Part shown: positions 14,712-15,782 of the stretch, in pieces | How the letters are laid out: each line of letters opens with the position of its first letter | How positions within the stretch are numbered: position 1 is the first letter of the stretch | Source: an uncultured Deinococcales bacterium | Lineage (GTDB): Bacteria; Deinococcota; Deinococci; Deinococcales; JAAFIG01 | Direction: 5' to 3' | Length of the DNA stretch: 15,782 bases | Assembly: GCA_964244895.1 (NCBI GenBank) | Contig: CAXTKV010000122.1 | Coordinates: 1-15,782 of the forward strand | Notes under the pieces: model-generated | Told to the model about the DNA's origin: nothing | The model's database searches: none | What the model saw: the letters and a program-made list of their open reading frames with translations, nothing else | Translations under genes and position numbers: made by a program

Positions 14712-14767
14712 GTCTGGAATACTCCTCGAGGGTGAGCGGGGAGAGGGTCGGTGCGTGCCAAAGTCAC

Positions 14768-15658
14768 CTAGCGCGCGTGGGAGCGCGCCACGGGCGACAC
14801 GCGCGCGTGAACGTCTTTAACGTCCGAGGTGTTCATCCGGGCATAGCGGCTGGACATGGCGAGCGTCGTGTGCCCGAGGATGCGCTGAAGGGTGAATACG
14901 TCGCCGCCATTGCGGACGTAAGCCACTGCGAACCCGCGCCGGAACGCGTGCGGCCTGACGGGTTTGACGTTGGCCGTCTTGCAGTGCCGCTCCAGGATGG
15001 CCCTCAGCGTGTCGTACCCGAGCGGGTGGTCAACGCTCGAGAGGAACAGGTGCGGGTGTTCGCTCGACGGTCGCTCGTGGGTTTGGTACTGGCTCAAGCG
15101 TTTCAGGACGGGTCTCGAGGCTGGGACGAAACGTTGTTTACCGCCCTTGCCGTGACGGATAATGATGCCGCCCTCGGCGCGCGAAACGTCGCCGAGGTGA
15201 ATGCTGCACAGTTCTGTGGCCCGCACCCCGGTGTCGAACAGCAGGCTGAAGATGGCCTGGTCGCGCAACGGGTGCCGCCCGAGCGCGCCTGCCGCCATGA
15301 GCGCGCGGTACGCGGCGTCCGTGACCACGTCCAGGTCGCGGTCGGGAACTTTCGGCAGTTTGACCTTGTCGAACGGGTTGGCGACCAGCAGTTCCTCGGT
15401 GCGCAGGAAGCCGCACAGCGCCCGCACGGCTCGCATCCGAGCGTGGACGCCGCCCGGCGACATTCGGCTCATGCACTCCCCGAGGTAAAGCCGCACCAGC
15501 CCGACCTGAAGCGCGTCCAGCCCGGTCGCGCCCTGGTGGGCCGCGTAAGTCGTGAACTGCTGAAGCGTCAGCCTGTACCAGCGTTGCGTTCGCGGGCTGA
15601 GTCCGCGCGCTTTACCGTCCGAAAGAAATTCTTGAATGACCCGCTCGAGTGTCGTCAT
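14768..15658 (-). CDS. Tyrosine integrase/recombinase (XerC/D-like)
   Basis: GLSPRT SAM-like N-domain; full catalytic set TGVRATEL (R), GKGGK (K), HAFR (HxxR), LGH, SSRY (Y); GGAGGTAGAGGT RBS. Confidence 0.95.
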   Translation of the reverse strand: MTTLERVIQEFLSDGKARGLSPRTQRWYRLTLQQFTTYAAHQGATGLDALQVGLVRLYLGECMSRMSPGGVHARMRAVRALCGFLRTEELLVANPFDKVKLPKVPDRDLDVVTDAAYRALMAAGALGRHPLRDQAIFSLLFDTGVRATELCSIHLGDVSRAEGGIIIRHGKGGKQRFVPASRPVLKRLSQYQTHERPSSEHPHLFLSSVDHPLGYDTLRAILERHCKTANVKPVRPHAFRRGFAVAYVRNGGDVFTLQRILGHTTLAMSSRYARMNTSDVKDVHARVSPVARSHAR

Positions 15659-15730
15659 ACCTCTACCTCCACACAGAAGACTTCTCGGCGTAGTGCAAAA
15701 GACTCGCGCTGGAACCGGTCTTCCGGGAAG

Positions 15731-15759
15731 TTGACACCCTCGTACTGGACGGCTATCCT
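15731..15759 (+). promoter_or_regulatory. Near-consensus sigma70 promoter facing out of the element
   Basis: TTGACA-N17-TATCCT. Confidence 0.75.
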
Positions 15760-15771
15760 CTTATGGCCTGG

Positions 15772-15782
15772 GCCGGGATGGC
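15772..15782 (+). tRNA. Possible 5' end of a tRNA (Leu-like), truncated by the window edge
   Basis: GCCGGGATGGC is a typical tRNA-Leu start and lies 12 nt after the -10 box. Only 11 nt are visible. Confidence 0.4.

Larger units (their letters stand above)
1969..15700. mobile_element. Integrative element/genomic island; left boundary unknown and may include lexA-imuY
   Basis: Integrase beside a probable tRNA, RepA-like ATPases, type I RM cargo and patchy GC. No att repeat found within the window. Confidence 0.6.

Overview
High-GC window, probably Deinococcota (inferred from an ImuY-type cassette, TANNNT-N6-start leaderless promoters and very frequent CTCGAG). It looks like the integrase end of an integrative element or genomic island. 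Reading from the right: a promoter and a possible tRNA-Leu 5' end facing away from the element; an intact tyrosine integrase followed by a catalytically dead paralog; a 192-aa protein with a degenerate HTH; an ordered array of seven ~26-bp GNA/GNNA mini-hairpin repeats; and two divergent AAA_25/RepA-like ATPase paralogs with C-terminal wHTH. Next is a type I restriction-modification locus (hsdR-hsdS-hsdM) with three extra genes: a 59-aa antitoxin-N-terminus-like ORF missing from the ORF track, an 82-aa ORF and a 2-TM helical protein. At the left is a lexA-imuY mutagenesis cassette running off the window edge. The most unusual parts are the twin-recombinase/twin-ATPase/hairpin-array module and a bipartite degenerate direct repeat flanking hsdS. 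All assignments come from reading motifs by eye; no database searches were run.
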